Source: Phyllobates terribilis (taxonomy: Eukaryota). From it: a DNA stretch of 64,000 nt. Position 1 is the stretch's first letter, and every line of letters starts with the position of its first letter. Below are positions 22,286-35,414 of this stretch, one piece after another. The notes beneath the pieces are model-generated. The model saw nothing but the letters and a program-made list of their open reading frames with translations. It was not told the origin of the DNA and did not search any database. The position numbers were made by a program, and so were the translations under genes. The DNA lies in assembly GCF_046119375.1 (NCBI RefSeq), contig NW_027362767.1, positions 262,322,001-262,386,000 of the forward strand, in the 5' to 3' direction.

Positions 22286-25200
22286 AGGGCCAACCCCCAG
22301 GAATAAGATCACCAGGCCCATCAAACTGGCGTGACAAATATGTGGGAGGACGTCCAGTCTTGCCTGTGGTACTGGATGGCATTCCTATGAGTGCCCTACT
22401 TGACACCGGGTCACAGGTCACCACCATCCCGTACGTGCTCTTTAAGCAGTACTGGAATGACTCGGATATAACCCGCTACCCTGACGACGACTTGAGTATC
22501 ATCGCCAGTAATGGTCAACCCGTGCCACAGATCGGATTCAAAGAGATGACCATTAAAATCGGTAGAGTCGAACTGGCAGCACAGGGACTGATCATTGTAG
22601 ACATTGACAAGCGCGAGAGTCACCCAAAGATAACGCTAGGAACTAATGTGATTGAAAATTGTCTTGCAGAGGTGATTTTCATTTTACAGCAGGTTGCCAA
22701 GAACGCCAGCTCCGGCCAGCAGCGAGTGCTCCAAAAAGAGATCCGGGCACTGATGCGACGGCAACAGGTGGAACTCTCCGGTGGTGAGATTGGTAGCGTG
22801 AGAATGTGTGACCCTTTCCCTATTGCCATGCCCCCAAAAAGTGAAATGATGATTTGGTGCCGGGCAGCTATTGGTCTAAGAGGTAGAGACTACCAAGCAA
22901 TGGTAGAACCCGTCTACTCAGACAGTAGGCCCACCATTTTGACAGCACGGGGGGTGGTTGACGTACGCCATGGGAGGGTGCCCGTTCGCATAATAAACAT
23001 CGGGAAGAGAGAAGTACACCTGCCCCGGTATGCCACGCTAGCTAAATTGTTCACCATAAACCAGAATGCTGTACAGGCCGTGGAACCCTTGCCTCCATCT
23101 CAACCAGAGGAAGGTAACGGCTCTAACAAACCAATGGAGGACTGGTGTCAGCAACTACATCTGGGTACTGACTCCACTCCCTCACACCAAAAGCAGGGAG
23201 TCTATCGGGTGGTTCAAGAGTACGAGAGAGTGTTTAGTAAACACCCGTTAGACTTCGGGCGAGTAAAGGGGGTAGAACACCACATCCCCACGGGAGACCA
23301 TCCTCCCATAAAGGAGAGATACCGACCCGTACCCCCTGCACACTACCAACACGCCAAGGGGATGCTTAGAGACATGAAGGAGGCTGGGGTAATCAGGGAT
23401 AGCTGTAGCCCCTGGGCAGCTCCACTAGTCTTGGTTAAAAAGAAAGACAACACCATGAGGATGTGTGTAGATTACCGGAAAATCAACCGTATCACACACA
23501 AAGATGCGTACCCCTTACCAAGGATAGAGGAGTCTTTGGCTGCTTTAAGATCTGCTAACTTCTTCTCTACTTTGGATCTCAATGGCGGGTACTGGCAGGT
23601 TCCTGTAGCAGAGGCGGACCGGGAGAAGACCGCATTCACCACCCCGATGGGACTTAGCGAGTTTACCTGCATGCCGTTCGGACTCTGCAACGCACCAGGA
23701 ACCTTCCAACGGTTGATGGAATGCTGTCTGGGACACCGAAACTTCGAGACGGTCCTGTTATACCTGGACGATGTCATCGTCTACTCCAAGACCTACGAGG
23801 ACCACCTGAAACACCTGGCAGAAGTGTTCGAAGCCCTGGCAAACTACGGCCTAAAGGTGAAACCCTCCAAGTGTCACCTCCTGAAACCAAAGGTGCAGTA
23901 CCTGGGACACGTGGTGAGTGCTGACGGAGTGGCTCCCGACCCTGATAAGATCACCGCAATTAAGGAATGGCCAAGCCCCTCCAGCGTAAAGGAGGTGCGG
24001 CAGTTCCTCGGGTAGGCTACTACCGAAGATTCATTCCCGGTTTCACCAAAAAGGCAGCTCCTATGCAGGACCTCCTGATAGGCCAGTCCAGGAAGGCCAA
24101 GAACCAGAAGCCACCCTTCAGATGGGAGAAGCTGGAAGAAGAGTCCTTCCGCCAGCTGAAGATGGCCCTGTCACGGGTGTGTTGCCACGAAGATCGTCAC
24201 GAGTACACAGCCTGACTTCTCGCAGCTGACTTGTTGGTGCTTTGTGTTTCTCGGCAGTGAGGGAGTTAATTCTCTCTCTCTCTCTGGGCTAGATGAGGTC
24301 CAGCCTCGCCCAGCTGCAATCAATACTTCTGTAGTGAGACTCCTTCATATACCTGCTGGTCTGTTTGGGAGGTGTCGGTGAAAGCATTTCATTCAGACTG
24401 ACAGAGCAGATCGTGGTGTTTGGAGTTGCTGAGATAAGTGTATTTGGAAGTGTTTTTTCCCTTTCCTCGCTTTATCATTTATCTCCTTTCCCGTTGGTTT
24501 TCCCTCTGTTGTAGTTGAGAAGTTGTTTGTATGCAAGGTGGTTTTGGTTTTTCCCTTGTACTGTCTCGTTCGTCTAAATACTGTGTTTGGGCATATTATT
24601 TCTTGTTCCCTTTGGTAGTGATCGGGGTCCTTCTCAGGACTAGATTACTGAGGTGCAGGGATCTTCAGGAGGTAGGGGTTACGCTGGCGGCCTGGACCTC
24701 TGTACCTTTAACAGTACCTCCAGGTTGAGGGATTAGTCAGGGCCCCAGCTTAGGGTCAGCTTAGGCCTCCTACCTCCAGTATACAGAGACAGCGTGACAG
24801 GCCCTCACGGGGGATGAAATCCTGGCGTACCCTGATTACAGCCAGCCCTTTATCCTCTACACCGACGCAAGTAACATCGGGCTAGGAGCCGTACTGTCCC
24901 AGATCCAGCAGGGGAAAGAACGAGTAATTGCTTACGCCAGCCGAAAACTGCGACCCACCGAAAGAAACCCTGAGAATTACAGCTCATTCAAGTTAGAATT
25001 CTTGGCAGTGGTGTGGGCAGTCACCGAACGCTTTAAGCACTACCTCGCCTCTTCCCGGTTCACCGTGTACACGGATAACAACCCGTTGACACACCTGGAT
25101 ACAGCAAGACTCGGTGCCCTGGAGCAGAGATGGATGGCCCGCCTGTCCAACTTTGAGTTCACAATCAAATACCGGGCAGGACGCTCCAATACCAACGTGG

Positions 25201-27020
25201 ATGCCTTGTCCAGAATGCCAAACCTACCGGACGTGGGGGAAGATCCAGAGGAACTGGAAGAGGTTGAACTTCCCGCGTTCCACCATCATGGGACTATCCA
25301 GTATTCCCACCGTGTAAGGAGTAAGCAATCCGCTACGTTCAATCCCTTACCTCATTACAACTGGGCGGAAACGCAAGACAGTGACCCCGCCGTCCGACTG
25401 GTGAAGGAGATGCTGACTCAGCCAGATGCCCGCCTTGACCCAGACGCTCCGGAGGAGGCCAAGCAACTGTGGATTGAGAAGAGTCGACTGTTCCTTTACA
25501 AGGGGAAGTTGTGCCGCAGAATGGTTAACTCCCGGACGCATGAACTGATCTGGCAAGTAGTGGTGCCAAGAAGAGACGCGGCTATGGTACTGGAGGCATA
25601 CCACGACAGAGCTGGGCACTTCGGATGGAAGAAGCTGGAGTTCCTGCTGCGCGGGCGGTTCCACTGGGTAGGCATGAGAGGAACCATCGAGAGGTGGTGC
25701 AGGGACTGTGGACCGTGCCACCTAAGAAGGAAGGACCGAGCCAGCCAGAAGACTCCCTTGCAGCCCATCATCACCCGACAGCCACTGGAACTGGTAGCCC
25801 TGGACCATGTGAAACTGGCTCCAAGCAGATCTGGGTATGTCTACGCCCTCACAATCGTAGATCATTACTCCCGGTTCCTGGTGGTGGTCCCGGTCAAGGA
25901 CTTAACGGCTCAAACAGCAGCTAGAGCCTTCCAGCAGCACTTCTGCCGTCCACACGGATACCCGGAGCAGGTGCTGACGGACCAGGGACCTGCCTTTGAA
26001 GCGGAAGTCTTCCAGGAGTTCTGCACTCTGTATGGCTGCCGGAAGATAAGAACAACACCCTATCATCCGCAAACCAATGGGCTCTGCGAGAAAATGAACC
26101 AGGTGGTGATAGATCTTCTGAAAACATTGCCCCTGGAGGAACGCAGTCTGTGGCCTGAGAAACTGCCTGATCTGGTGGACCTATACAACCACATCCCGGT
26201 AGGTTCTACCAACTGTACCCCGGCTTACCTAATGAGAGCAAGAACTGGTAAGCTTCCTGTTGATCTGGAGATGGGAGTCCTGACACCCGAGGACACTTCA
26301 CCAGAAGCAGACTGGGACACAGAAAGGCAGCAGCAGTACCGGAAAGTACAGGAGAGCGTGGAGCGAAGTCTCTGTCAAGCTAGAGAAAGACAGGAGAAGA
26401 CTTACAACCAGTATGCTCCCGCTGTTCCCCTGGTACCTGGAGAGCAGGTCTTGAAGAGGAAGAGACGCCTCCACAAGTTGGACGACCAGTGGCAGAAGGA
26501 CCCGTACACCGTACTGCCCTCAAGCCATGAGAACCCGAAAGTCTGCATAATCAGTAAGGATGGAGGAGAAACCACAGCCATTGTATCCCGAGATCACCTG
26601 AAGAAGTGTCCCGAACAGCTACGAAGCCCTGAAGAAGAACAAGAAGACCCTCAACCCGCAGAGGAAAGGGAAGATATGGTTAGTACTGTGCTCGGAGACT
26701 TCCCTCGGTCTTGGACTCAAGTCAATGGCGCAGTTGTGGTACCCGTCCTCACCTTCCTCCAACCAGCATCTCAAGTACCTACGGAGAAACAGGTAGAGCT
26801 GGAAGAGCAGCCGGTCCAGGAGGCAGAAGACCCCACACAAGCAGACCAGGAGGATCAACCCTCTGCTTATAGTGAGCCTGCCGTACCCCTAGTGAGCCAA
26901 AGAGCCCGTAGACAGCTGCCCAGTTTACCTTTGACAGCTCCTACACCTGGTAGCTCAGGACCAGTCAGTCAGCTCTGTAGGTCCACTAGAGGCCAGTTAC
27001 CCGTACGTTGGAGGATCTAA
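22261..27020 (+). pseudogene. pol: Gypsy Pol (PR-RT-RNase H-integrase) disrupted by an about 4-nt deletion near 24012 and a solo-LTR insertion
   Basis: LLDTGSQVT protease, YLDD RT (23761), YTDAS RNase H, HHCC and DDE integrase; frame shifts at FLG/VGYYRRF; removing 24169-24804 restores KMAL-TGDEILAYPDY. Confidence 0.93.
24169..24799. mobile_element. Nested solo LTR (631 bp) of a second LTR retrotransposon
   Basis: Terminal inverted repeats tgtcacg / cgtgaca, 5-bp target duplication GGCCC (24164-24168, 24800-24804), no coding capacity. Confidence 0.9.
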
Positions 27021-27374
27021 GTGTTTAGACTGTTTATTTGTATTTACCTGTTTTCTGTTACCTGTAAATAATTGTGTATTTTTAGTTATTTTATAGGTGT
27101 CGTTTATGGATTATCCGGAATCCTTTGTACATATGTTGGAGCGTAACCCAGGAAAGGACTAAAGACTGTTAAGGACTCGGGGTAGGACAGACCCCTACCT
27201 GGTTACGGCTCCCGGTCTCTTGGTGAAATGGACACCTTTGTTTTCTTCAAAGACTGCACCCGGTTGCGGACATGCCGTGACCATCCTAATGTGTTTTTCT
27301 TTATTATGCTGTTTCTGTTTATAACTTGTTTTGTTTACAAAAATATGTTTAGTCCCGGAGTACTAAATTTCACT

Positions 27375-27383
27375 AGGGGGGAA
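27375..27383 (+). promoter_or_regulatory. Polypurine tract
   Basis: aggggggaa immediately before the 3' LTR TG at 27384. Confidence 0.85.
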
Positions 27384-28407
27384 TGTGGCACCCCAGGGGT
27401 CTGGTTCCCACAGTGATAGCAATATTACGTCTGTGAGCAGGTGGGAGGTTTCCTGGTCAGACATCCTATGCATGCCACACCTCCTGCCCAGTCCTGGGAG
27501 GGGAAGAACTTCCCCTATATAAAGCTGGGGCTGAGGCAGGGTTAGTGTGTAGAGAAAGAGCAGAGAACACAGACAGAGACACAGTCTGGTCTGTAGTGGA
27601 GCAGCTATAGGAAAGAAAGATCAGGAGCTCTGTGGGAGCTGTGCTAAAAGAGGTCAGGGCTGGAAGCTGTAGAGCTCGCCCTGATTGAAGAGTTCTTACC
27701 GGACCCGGAGTCCGAGGCTGTGGGGACTAATCCTTACCCCGCAGCAGAAACCGCCCGGCAGGGGATTTCAGGTCCTCTGGCCAAGAAACCCGAAGGCACG
27801 GTCACACGCAAGGGACCAGCACCGCGACGTGGAGCGGAAGCTACCAAAAGGCCCCGAGTCACCGGCCATACGGGTGAGCACCACACGGTACACTCAGGGA
27901 CGTGGGCTACTTTTACCCGCCTCTAGCAAGGTAGCCAGAAGAGTACGATTAGTTGGGGAGGCCTACAACTCCGCCTGGCCAGGGGAGATCCCATCAGCTC
28001 ACGGACTGACCAGGCCCCGATCGCTAGCCAGTACTCCGGGAGGGTCTACCTTGTCACCAGTAAAGACCCAGAACTACACCGCACCGTCTCTGAGTGGTTC
28101 CTGCTACCCCCCTTCAAACACGTCGGTTGCCCTGAGGCCATACCCCTCCCGTTGGGGGTTCTACCAGCTACGCTGCACAACCTTACCACCGGCCTCAGCG
28201 GTCTGCCCTGCAGCGGCGGCTTCATAGCCGCATTCAACGGGTGGCGTAGTCGAACACCGTACCATCTTCTGCTAAACTCTGCCGCTCAGTTTGACTCCCT
28301 GGGCACGGACCGGGTCACCGCCACGAGACTACTACCCCTATCAGATCCGGCTCCGGGTAGGCTCCCGCGTGCGCAACGCTACTCAGCACAGGCCCAGGGG
28401 CGCGTCA
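27384..28407 (+). repeat. 3' LTR (1024 bp)
   Basis: Direct repeat of 19838-20861 at an offset of 7546 bp. Confidence 0.97.
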
Positions 28408-29564
28408 AGTACAGGATAAGTAATGTAATGTATGTATACAGTGACTGCACCAGCAGAATAGTGAGTGCAGCTCTGGAGTATACTACAGAATGAACTCAGG
28501 ATCAGTACAGGATAAGTAATTTAATGTATGTACACAGTGACTGCACCAGCAGAATAGTGAGTGCAGCTCTGGAGTATAATACATGATGTAACTCAGGATA
28601 AGTAATGTAATGTATGTACACAGTGACTCCACCAGCAGAATAGTGAGTGCAGCTCTGGAGTATAATACATGATGTAACTCAGGATCAGTACAGGATAAGT
28701 AATGTAATGTATGTACACAATGGCTGCACCAGCAGAATAGTGAGTGCAGCTCTGGAGTATAATACAGGATGTAACTCAGGATCAGTACATGATAAGTAAT
28801 GTAATGTATGTGCACAGTGACTCCACCTGCAGAATAGTGAGTGCAGCTCTGAAGTATAATACAGGATGTAACTCAAGATCAGTACAGGATAAGTAATGTA
28901 TGTACACAGTGACTACACCAGCAGAATAGTGAGTGCAGCTCTGGAGTATAATACAGGATGTAACTCAGGATAAGTACAGGATAAGTAATGTAATGTATGT
29001 ACACAGTGACTGCACCAGCAGAATAGTGAGTGCAGGTCTGGAGTATAATACAGGAGGTAACTCAGGATCAGTACAGGATAAGTAATGTAATGTATGTACA
29101 CAGTGGCCGCACCAGGAGAATAGTGAGTGCAGCTCTGGAGTATAATACAGGATGTAACTCAGGATCAGTACATGATAAGTAATGTAATGTATGTGCACAG
29201 TGACTCCACCAGCAGAATAGTGAGTGCAGCTCTGGAGTATAATAGAGGGTGTAACTCAGGATCAGTACAGATAACTAATGTAATGTATGTACACAGTGAC
29301 TGCACCAGCAGAATAGTGAGTGCAGCTCTGGAGTATAATACAGGATGTAACTCAGGATCAGTACAGGATCAGTAATGTAACGTATGTACACAGTGACTAC
29401 ACCAGCAGAATAGTGAGTGCAGCTCTGGGGTATAATACAGGATGTAACTCAGGATCAGTACAGGATCAGTAATGTAATGTATGTATACAGTGACTGCACC
29501 AACAGAATAGTGAGTGCAGCTCTGGAGTATAATACAGGATGTAACTCAGGATCAGTACAGGATA

Positions 29565-31174
29565 CACTACCATTCAAAAGTTTGGGGTCATTTAGAAATT
29601 TCATTATTTGTGAAAGAAAAGCACATTTTTTTTCAGTGAAGCTAATATTAAATGAATCAGAAATACACTCTATACATTGTTAATGTGGTAAATGACTGTT
29701 CTAGCTGCAAACGTCTTGTTTTTATTGCAATATCTACATAGGTGTATAGAGGCCCATTTCCAACAACCGCCACTCCTGTGTTTTAATGGTACATTGTGTT
29801 TGCTAACTGTGTAAGAAGGCTAATGGGTGTTTAGAAAACCCTTGCGCAAGTATGTTAGCCCAGCTGAAAACGGTTTGGCTGATTTGAGAAGCTATAAAAT
29901 TGACCTTCCTTTGAGCTAGTTGAGAATCTGGAGCATTACACTTTTTTGTTCTATGAAACTCTCAAAATGGCCAGAAAAAGAGAACTTTCATGTGAAACTC
30001 GACAGTCTATTCTTCTTCTTAGAAATGAAGTCTATTCCATGCGAGAAGTTGCCAAGAAACTGAAGATTTCCTACAACGGTGTGTACTACTCCCTTCAGAG
30101 GAGAGCACAAACAGGCTCTAACCAGAGTAGAAAGAGAAGTGGGAGGCCCCACTGCACAACTGAGCAACAAGACAAGGACATTAGAGTCTCTAGTTTGAGA
30201 AATTGATGCCTCACAGTTCCTCAACTGGCAACTTCATTAAATAGTACATGCAAAACGCCAGTATCTACGTCTACAGTGAAGAGGTGACTCCGGGATGCTG
30301 GCCTTCAGGGCAAAGTGGCAAAGAAAAAAACATATCTGAGACTGGCTAATAAAAGGAAAAGATTAATATGGGCAAAAGAACACAGACATTGGACAGAGGA
30401 AGATTGGAAAAACGTTTTATGGACAGACGAATCAAAGTTTGAGGTGTTTGGACCACACAGAAGAACATTTGTGAGACGCAGAACAACTGAAAAGATGCTG
30501 GAAGAGTACCTGACGCCATCTGTCAAGCATGGTGGAGGTAATGTGATGGTCTGGGGTTGCTAGCCTTTGATGCTGGTAAAGTGGGAGATTTGTACAAGGT
30601 AAATCGGATTTTGAATAAGGAAGGCTATCACTCCATTTTGCAACACCATGCCATACCCTGTGGACAGCGCTTGATTGGAGCCAATTTCATCCTACAACAG
30701 GACAATGACCCAAAGCACACCTCCAAATTATGCATGAAGTATTTAGGGAAGAAGCAGGCAGCTGGTATTCTATCTGTAATGGAGTGGCCAGCGCAGTCAC
30801 CAGATCTCAACCCCATTGAGCTGTTGTGGGAGCAGCTTGACCGTATGGTGCGCAAAAAGTGCCCATCAAGCCAATCCAACTTGTGGAGGGGCTTCAGGAA
30901 GCACGGGGGGAAATGTCTCAAGATGACCTCAGCAAATTAACAGCTAGAATGCAAAGATCTGCAATGCTGGAATTGCTGCAAAGGAACATTCTGAAACGAA
31001 AGCAAAGTTTGAAGGAGAAAATTATTCTTTCTAATAAAAATCATTATTTCTAACCTTGTCAATGTCTGGACTATATTTTCTAATCATTTTGCAACTCATT
31101 TGATAAATAAAAGCATGAGTTTTCATGGAAAACACAAAATTGTCTGGGTGACCCCAAACTTTTGAACGGTAGTG
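29565..31174 (+). mobile_element. Tc1-family transposon, defective (copy 1 of a tandem duplication)
   Basis: TA flanks, 26-bp TIR cactaccattcaaaagtttggggtca, transposase MARKRELSCETRQ...WTDESKF...QQDNDPKH...LNPIELLW with stops and frameshifts. Confidence 0.93.
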
Positions 31175-31742
31175 TAAGTCATGTAATGTATGTACACAGT
31201 GACTGCACCAGCAGAATAGTGAGTGCAGCTCTGGAGTATAATACAGGATGTAACTCAGGATCAGTACAGGATCAGTAATGTAATGTATGTACACAGTGAC
31301 TGCACCAGCAGAATAGTGAGTGCAGCTCTGGAGTATAATACAGGATGTAACTCAGGATCAGTACAGGATCAGTAATGTATGTATACAGTGACTGCACCAG
31401 CAGAATAGTGAGTGCAGCTCTGGAGTATAATACAGGATGTAACTCAGGATCAGTACAGGATCAGTAATGTATGTACACAGTGACTGCACCAGCAGAATAG
31501 TGAGTGCAGCTCTGGAGTATAATACAGGATGTAACTCAGGATCAGTACAGGATAAGTAATGTATGTATGTACACAGTGACTGCACCAGCAGAATAGTGAG
31601 TGCAGCTCTGGAGTATAATACAGGATGTAACTCAGGATCAGTACACGATCAGTAATGTATGTATACAGTGACTGCACCAGCAGAATAGTGAGTGCAGCTC
31701 TGGAGTATAATACAGGATGTAACTCAGGATCAGTACAGGATA

Positions 31743-33351
31743 CACTACCATTCAAAAGTTTGGGGTCATTTAGAAATTTCATTATTTGTGAAAGAAAAGC
31801 ACATTTTTTTTCAATGAAGCTAATATTAAATGAATCAGAAATACACTCTATACATTGTTAATGTGGTAAATGACTGTTCTAGCTGCAAACGTCTTGTTTT
31901 TATTGCAATATCTACATAGGTGTATAGAGGCCCATTTCCAACAACCGCTACTCCAGTTTTTAATGGTACATTGTGTTTGCTAACTGTGTAAGAAGGCTAA
32001 TGGGTGTTTAGAAAACCCTTGCGCAAGTATGTTAGCCCAGCTGAAAACGGTTTGGCTGATTTGAGAAGCTATAAAATTGACCTTCCTTTGAGCTAGTTGA
32101 GAATCTGGAGCATTACACTTTTTTGTTCTATGAAACTCTCAAAATGGCTAGAAAAAGAGAACTTTCATGTGAAACTCGACAGTCTATTCTTCTTCTTAGA
32201 AATGAAGTCTATTCCATGCGAGAAGTTGCCAAGAAACTGAAGATTTCCTACAACGGTGTGTACTACTCCCTTCAGAGGAGAGCACAAACAGGCTCTAACC
32301 AGAGTAGAAAGAGAAGTGGGAGGCCCCGCTGCACAACTGAGCAACAAGACAAGGACATTAGAGTCTCTAGTTTGAGAAATTGATGCCTCACAGCTCCTCA
32401 ACTGGCAACTTCATTAAATAGTACATGCAAAACGCCAGTATCTACGTCTACAGTGAAGAGGCGACTCCGGGATGCTGGCCTTCAGGGCAAAGTGGCAAAG
32501 AAAAAAACATATCTGAGACTGGCTAATAAAAGGAAAAGATTAATATGGGCAAAAGAACACAGACATTGGACAGAGGAAGATTGGAAAAACGATTTATGGA
32601 CAGACGAATCAAAGTTTGAGGTGTTTGGACCACACAGAAGAACATTTGTGAGACGCAGAACAACTGAAAAGATGCTGGAAGAGTACCTGACGCCATCTGT
32701 CAAGCATGGTGGAGGTAATGTGATGGTCTGGGGTTGCTAGCCTTTGATGCTGGTAAAGTGGGAGATTTGTACAAGGTAAATCGGATTTTGAATAAGGAAG
32801 GCTATCACTCCATTTTGCAACGCCATGCCATACCCTGTGGACAGCGCTTGATTGGAGCCAATTTCATCCTACAACAGGACAATGACCCAAAGCACACCTC
32901 CAAATTATGCATGAAGTATTTAGGGAAGAAGCAGGCAGCTGGTATTCTATCTGTAATGGAGTGGCCAGCGCAGTCACCAGATCTCAACCCCATTGAGCTG
33001 TTGTGGGAGCAGCTTGACCGTATGGTACGCAAAAAGTGCCCATCAAGCCAATCCAACTTGTGGAGGGGCTTCAGGAAGCATGGGGGGAAATGTCTCAAGA
33101 TGACCTCAGCAAATTAACAGCTAGAATGCAAAGATCTGCAATGCTGGAATTGCTGCAAAGGAGCATTCTGAGGCGAAAGCAAAGTTTGAAGGAGAAAATT
33201 ATTCTTTCTAATAAAAATCATTATTTCTAACCTTGTCAATGTCTGGACTATATTTTCTAATCATTTTGCAACTCATTTGATAAATAAAAGCATGAGTTTT
33301 CCTGGAAAACACAAAATTGTCTGGGTGACCCCAAACATTTGAACGGTAGTG
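31743..33351 (+). mobile_element. Tc1-family transposon, defective (copy 2 of a tandem duplication)
   Basis: About 99% identical to 29565-31174 by eye, with the same flanks and the same inactivating lesions; offset 2178 bp. Confidence 0.93.
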
Positions 33352-35414
33352 TAAGTCATGTAATGTATGTACACAGTGACTGCACCAGCAGAATAGTGAG
33401 TGCAGCTCTGGAGTATAATACAGGATGTAACTCAGGATCAGTACAGGATCAGTAATGTAATGTATGTACACAGTGACTGCACCAGCAGAATAGTGAGTGC
33501 AGCTCTGTAGTATAATACAGGATGTAACTCAGGATCAGTACAGGATAAGTAATGTAATGTATGTACACAGTGACTGCACCAGCAGAATAGTGAGTGCAGC
33601 TCTGGAGTATAATACAGGATGTAACTCAGGATCAGTACAGGATCAGTAATGTATGTATACAGTGACTGCACCAGCAGAATAGTGAGTACTGCTCTGGAGT
33701 ATAATACAGAATGTAACTCAGGATCAGTACAGGATCAGTAATGTAATGTATGTACACAGTGACTGCACCAGCAGAATAGTGAGTGCAGCTCTGGAATATA
33801 ATACAGGATGTAACTCAGGATCAGTACAGGATAAGTAATGTATGTATGTACACAGTGACTGCACCAGCAGAATAGTGAGTGCAGCTCTGGAGTATAATAC
33901 AGGATGTAAGTCAGGATCAGTACAGGATCAGTAATGTATGTATACAGTGACTGCACCAGCAGAATAGTGAGTGCAGCTCTGGAGTATAATAAAGGATGTA
34001 ACTCAGGATCAGTACAGGATAATAATGTAATGTATGTACACAGTGACTGCACAAGCAGAATAGTGAGTGCAGCTCTGGAGTATAATACAGGATGTAACTC
34101 AGGATCAGTACAGGATAAGTAATGTAATGTATGTACACAGTGACTGCAACAACAGAATAGTGAGTACAGCTCTGGGGTATAATACATGATGTAACTCAGG
34201 ATCAGTACAGGATAAGTAATGTAATGTATGTACACAGTGACTGCACCAGCAGAATAGTGAATGCAGCTCTGGAGTATAATACAGGACGTAACTCAGGATC
34301 AGTAATGTAATGTATGTACACAGTGACTCCACCAGCAGAATAGGGAGTGCAGCTCTGGAGTATAATACAGTGTAAGTCAGGATCAGTACAGGATAAGTAA
34401 TGTAATGTATATATACAGTGACTGCACCAGCAGAATAGTGAGTGCAGCTCTGGAGTATAATACATGATGTAACTCAGGATCAGTACAGGATAAGTAATTT
34501 AATGTATGTACACAGTGACTGCACCAGCAGAATAGTGAGTGCTGCTCTGGAGTATAATACAGGATGTAACTCAGGATCAGTACAGGATATGTAATGTAAT
34601 GTATGTGCACAATGACTCCACCAGCAGAATAGTGAGTGTAGCTCTGGAGTATAATACAGGATGTAACTCAGGATCAGTACGGGATCAGTAATGTAATGTA
34701 TGTACACAGTGACTCCTCCAGCAGAATAGTGAATGCAGCTCTGGAGTATAATACATGATGTAACTCAGGATCGGTACAGGATAAGTAATGTAATGTATGT
34801 ACACAGTGACTCCACCAGCAGAATAGTGAGTGCAGCTCTGGAGTATAATACATGATGTAACTCAGGATCAGTACAGGATAAGTAATGTAATGTATGTACA
34901 CAGTGACTGCACCAGCAGCATAGAGAGTGCAGCTCTGGAGTATGATACAGGATGTAACTCAGGATCAGTACAGGATAAGTAATTTAATGTATGTACACAG
35001 TGACTGCACCAGCAGAATAGTGAGTGCTGCTCTGTAGTATAATACAGGATGTAACTCAGGATCAGTACAGGATCAGTAATGTAATGTATGTACACAGTGA
35101 CTGCACCAGCAGAATAGTGAGTGCAGCTCTGGGGTATAATACAGGATGTAACTCAGGATCAGAACAGGATAAGTAATGTAATGTATGTACACAGTGACTG
35201 CACCAGCAGAATAGTGAGTACAGCTCTGGAGCATAATACAGATTTAGCTATGGATGAAAGTGAATCACACATTGTTATTTCAGGTCTATGGTATTTTCAA
35301 AGTTGAAAATATTGGAAATTGTGATAAGGAGCCTTCACCTCCATGCTGGCAGTTATCGTCCTGTATATGGCATATATCTCGGGGTTACACGCTGTGCACA
35401 GAGGATATAATTAC

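Larger units (their letters stand above)
19838..28407 (+). mobile_element. Full-length Gypsy/Ty3 LTR retrotransposon (8570 bp) in BSPRY intron 2, antisense to the gene
   Basis: TG...CA LTRs at 19838-20861 and 27384-28407, AGTA target duplication (19834-19837, 28408-28411), PBS, PPT and gag followed by PR-RT-RH-IN. Confidence 0.98.
28408..35240. repeat. 97-bp satellite array, interrupted by two Tc1 copies
   Basis: Same unit as 19397-19837 in segments 28408-29564, 31175-31742 and 33352-35240. Confidence 0.95.

Noticed and set aside
24169-24804. Solo LTR plus duplication is 636 bp, a multiple of 3
   Set aside because: The insert has an in-frame stop at 24213-24215 and pol is already frameshifted upstream; a one-in-three coincidence.
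27020-27384. Possible env gene in the Gypsy element
   Set aside because: Only about 360 bp lie between the pol stop and the 3' LTR, with no suitable ORF.
28408-29570. Gypsy and Tc1 both hit the same ~11-bp part of the 97-bp monomer (AGTAcaggaTA)
   Set aside because: Only two independent events, and the monomer has many TA sites; insufficient evidence for targeting.
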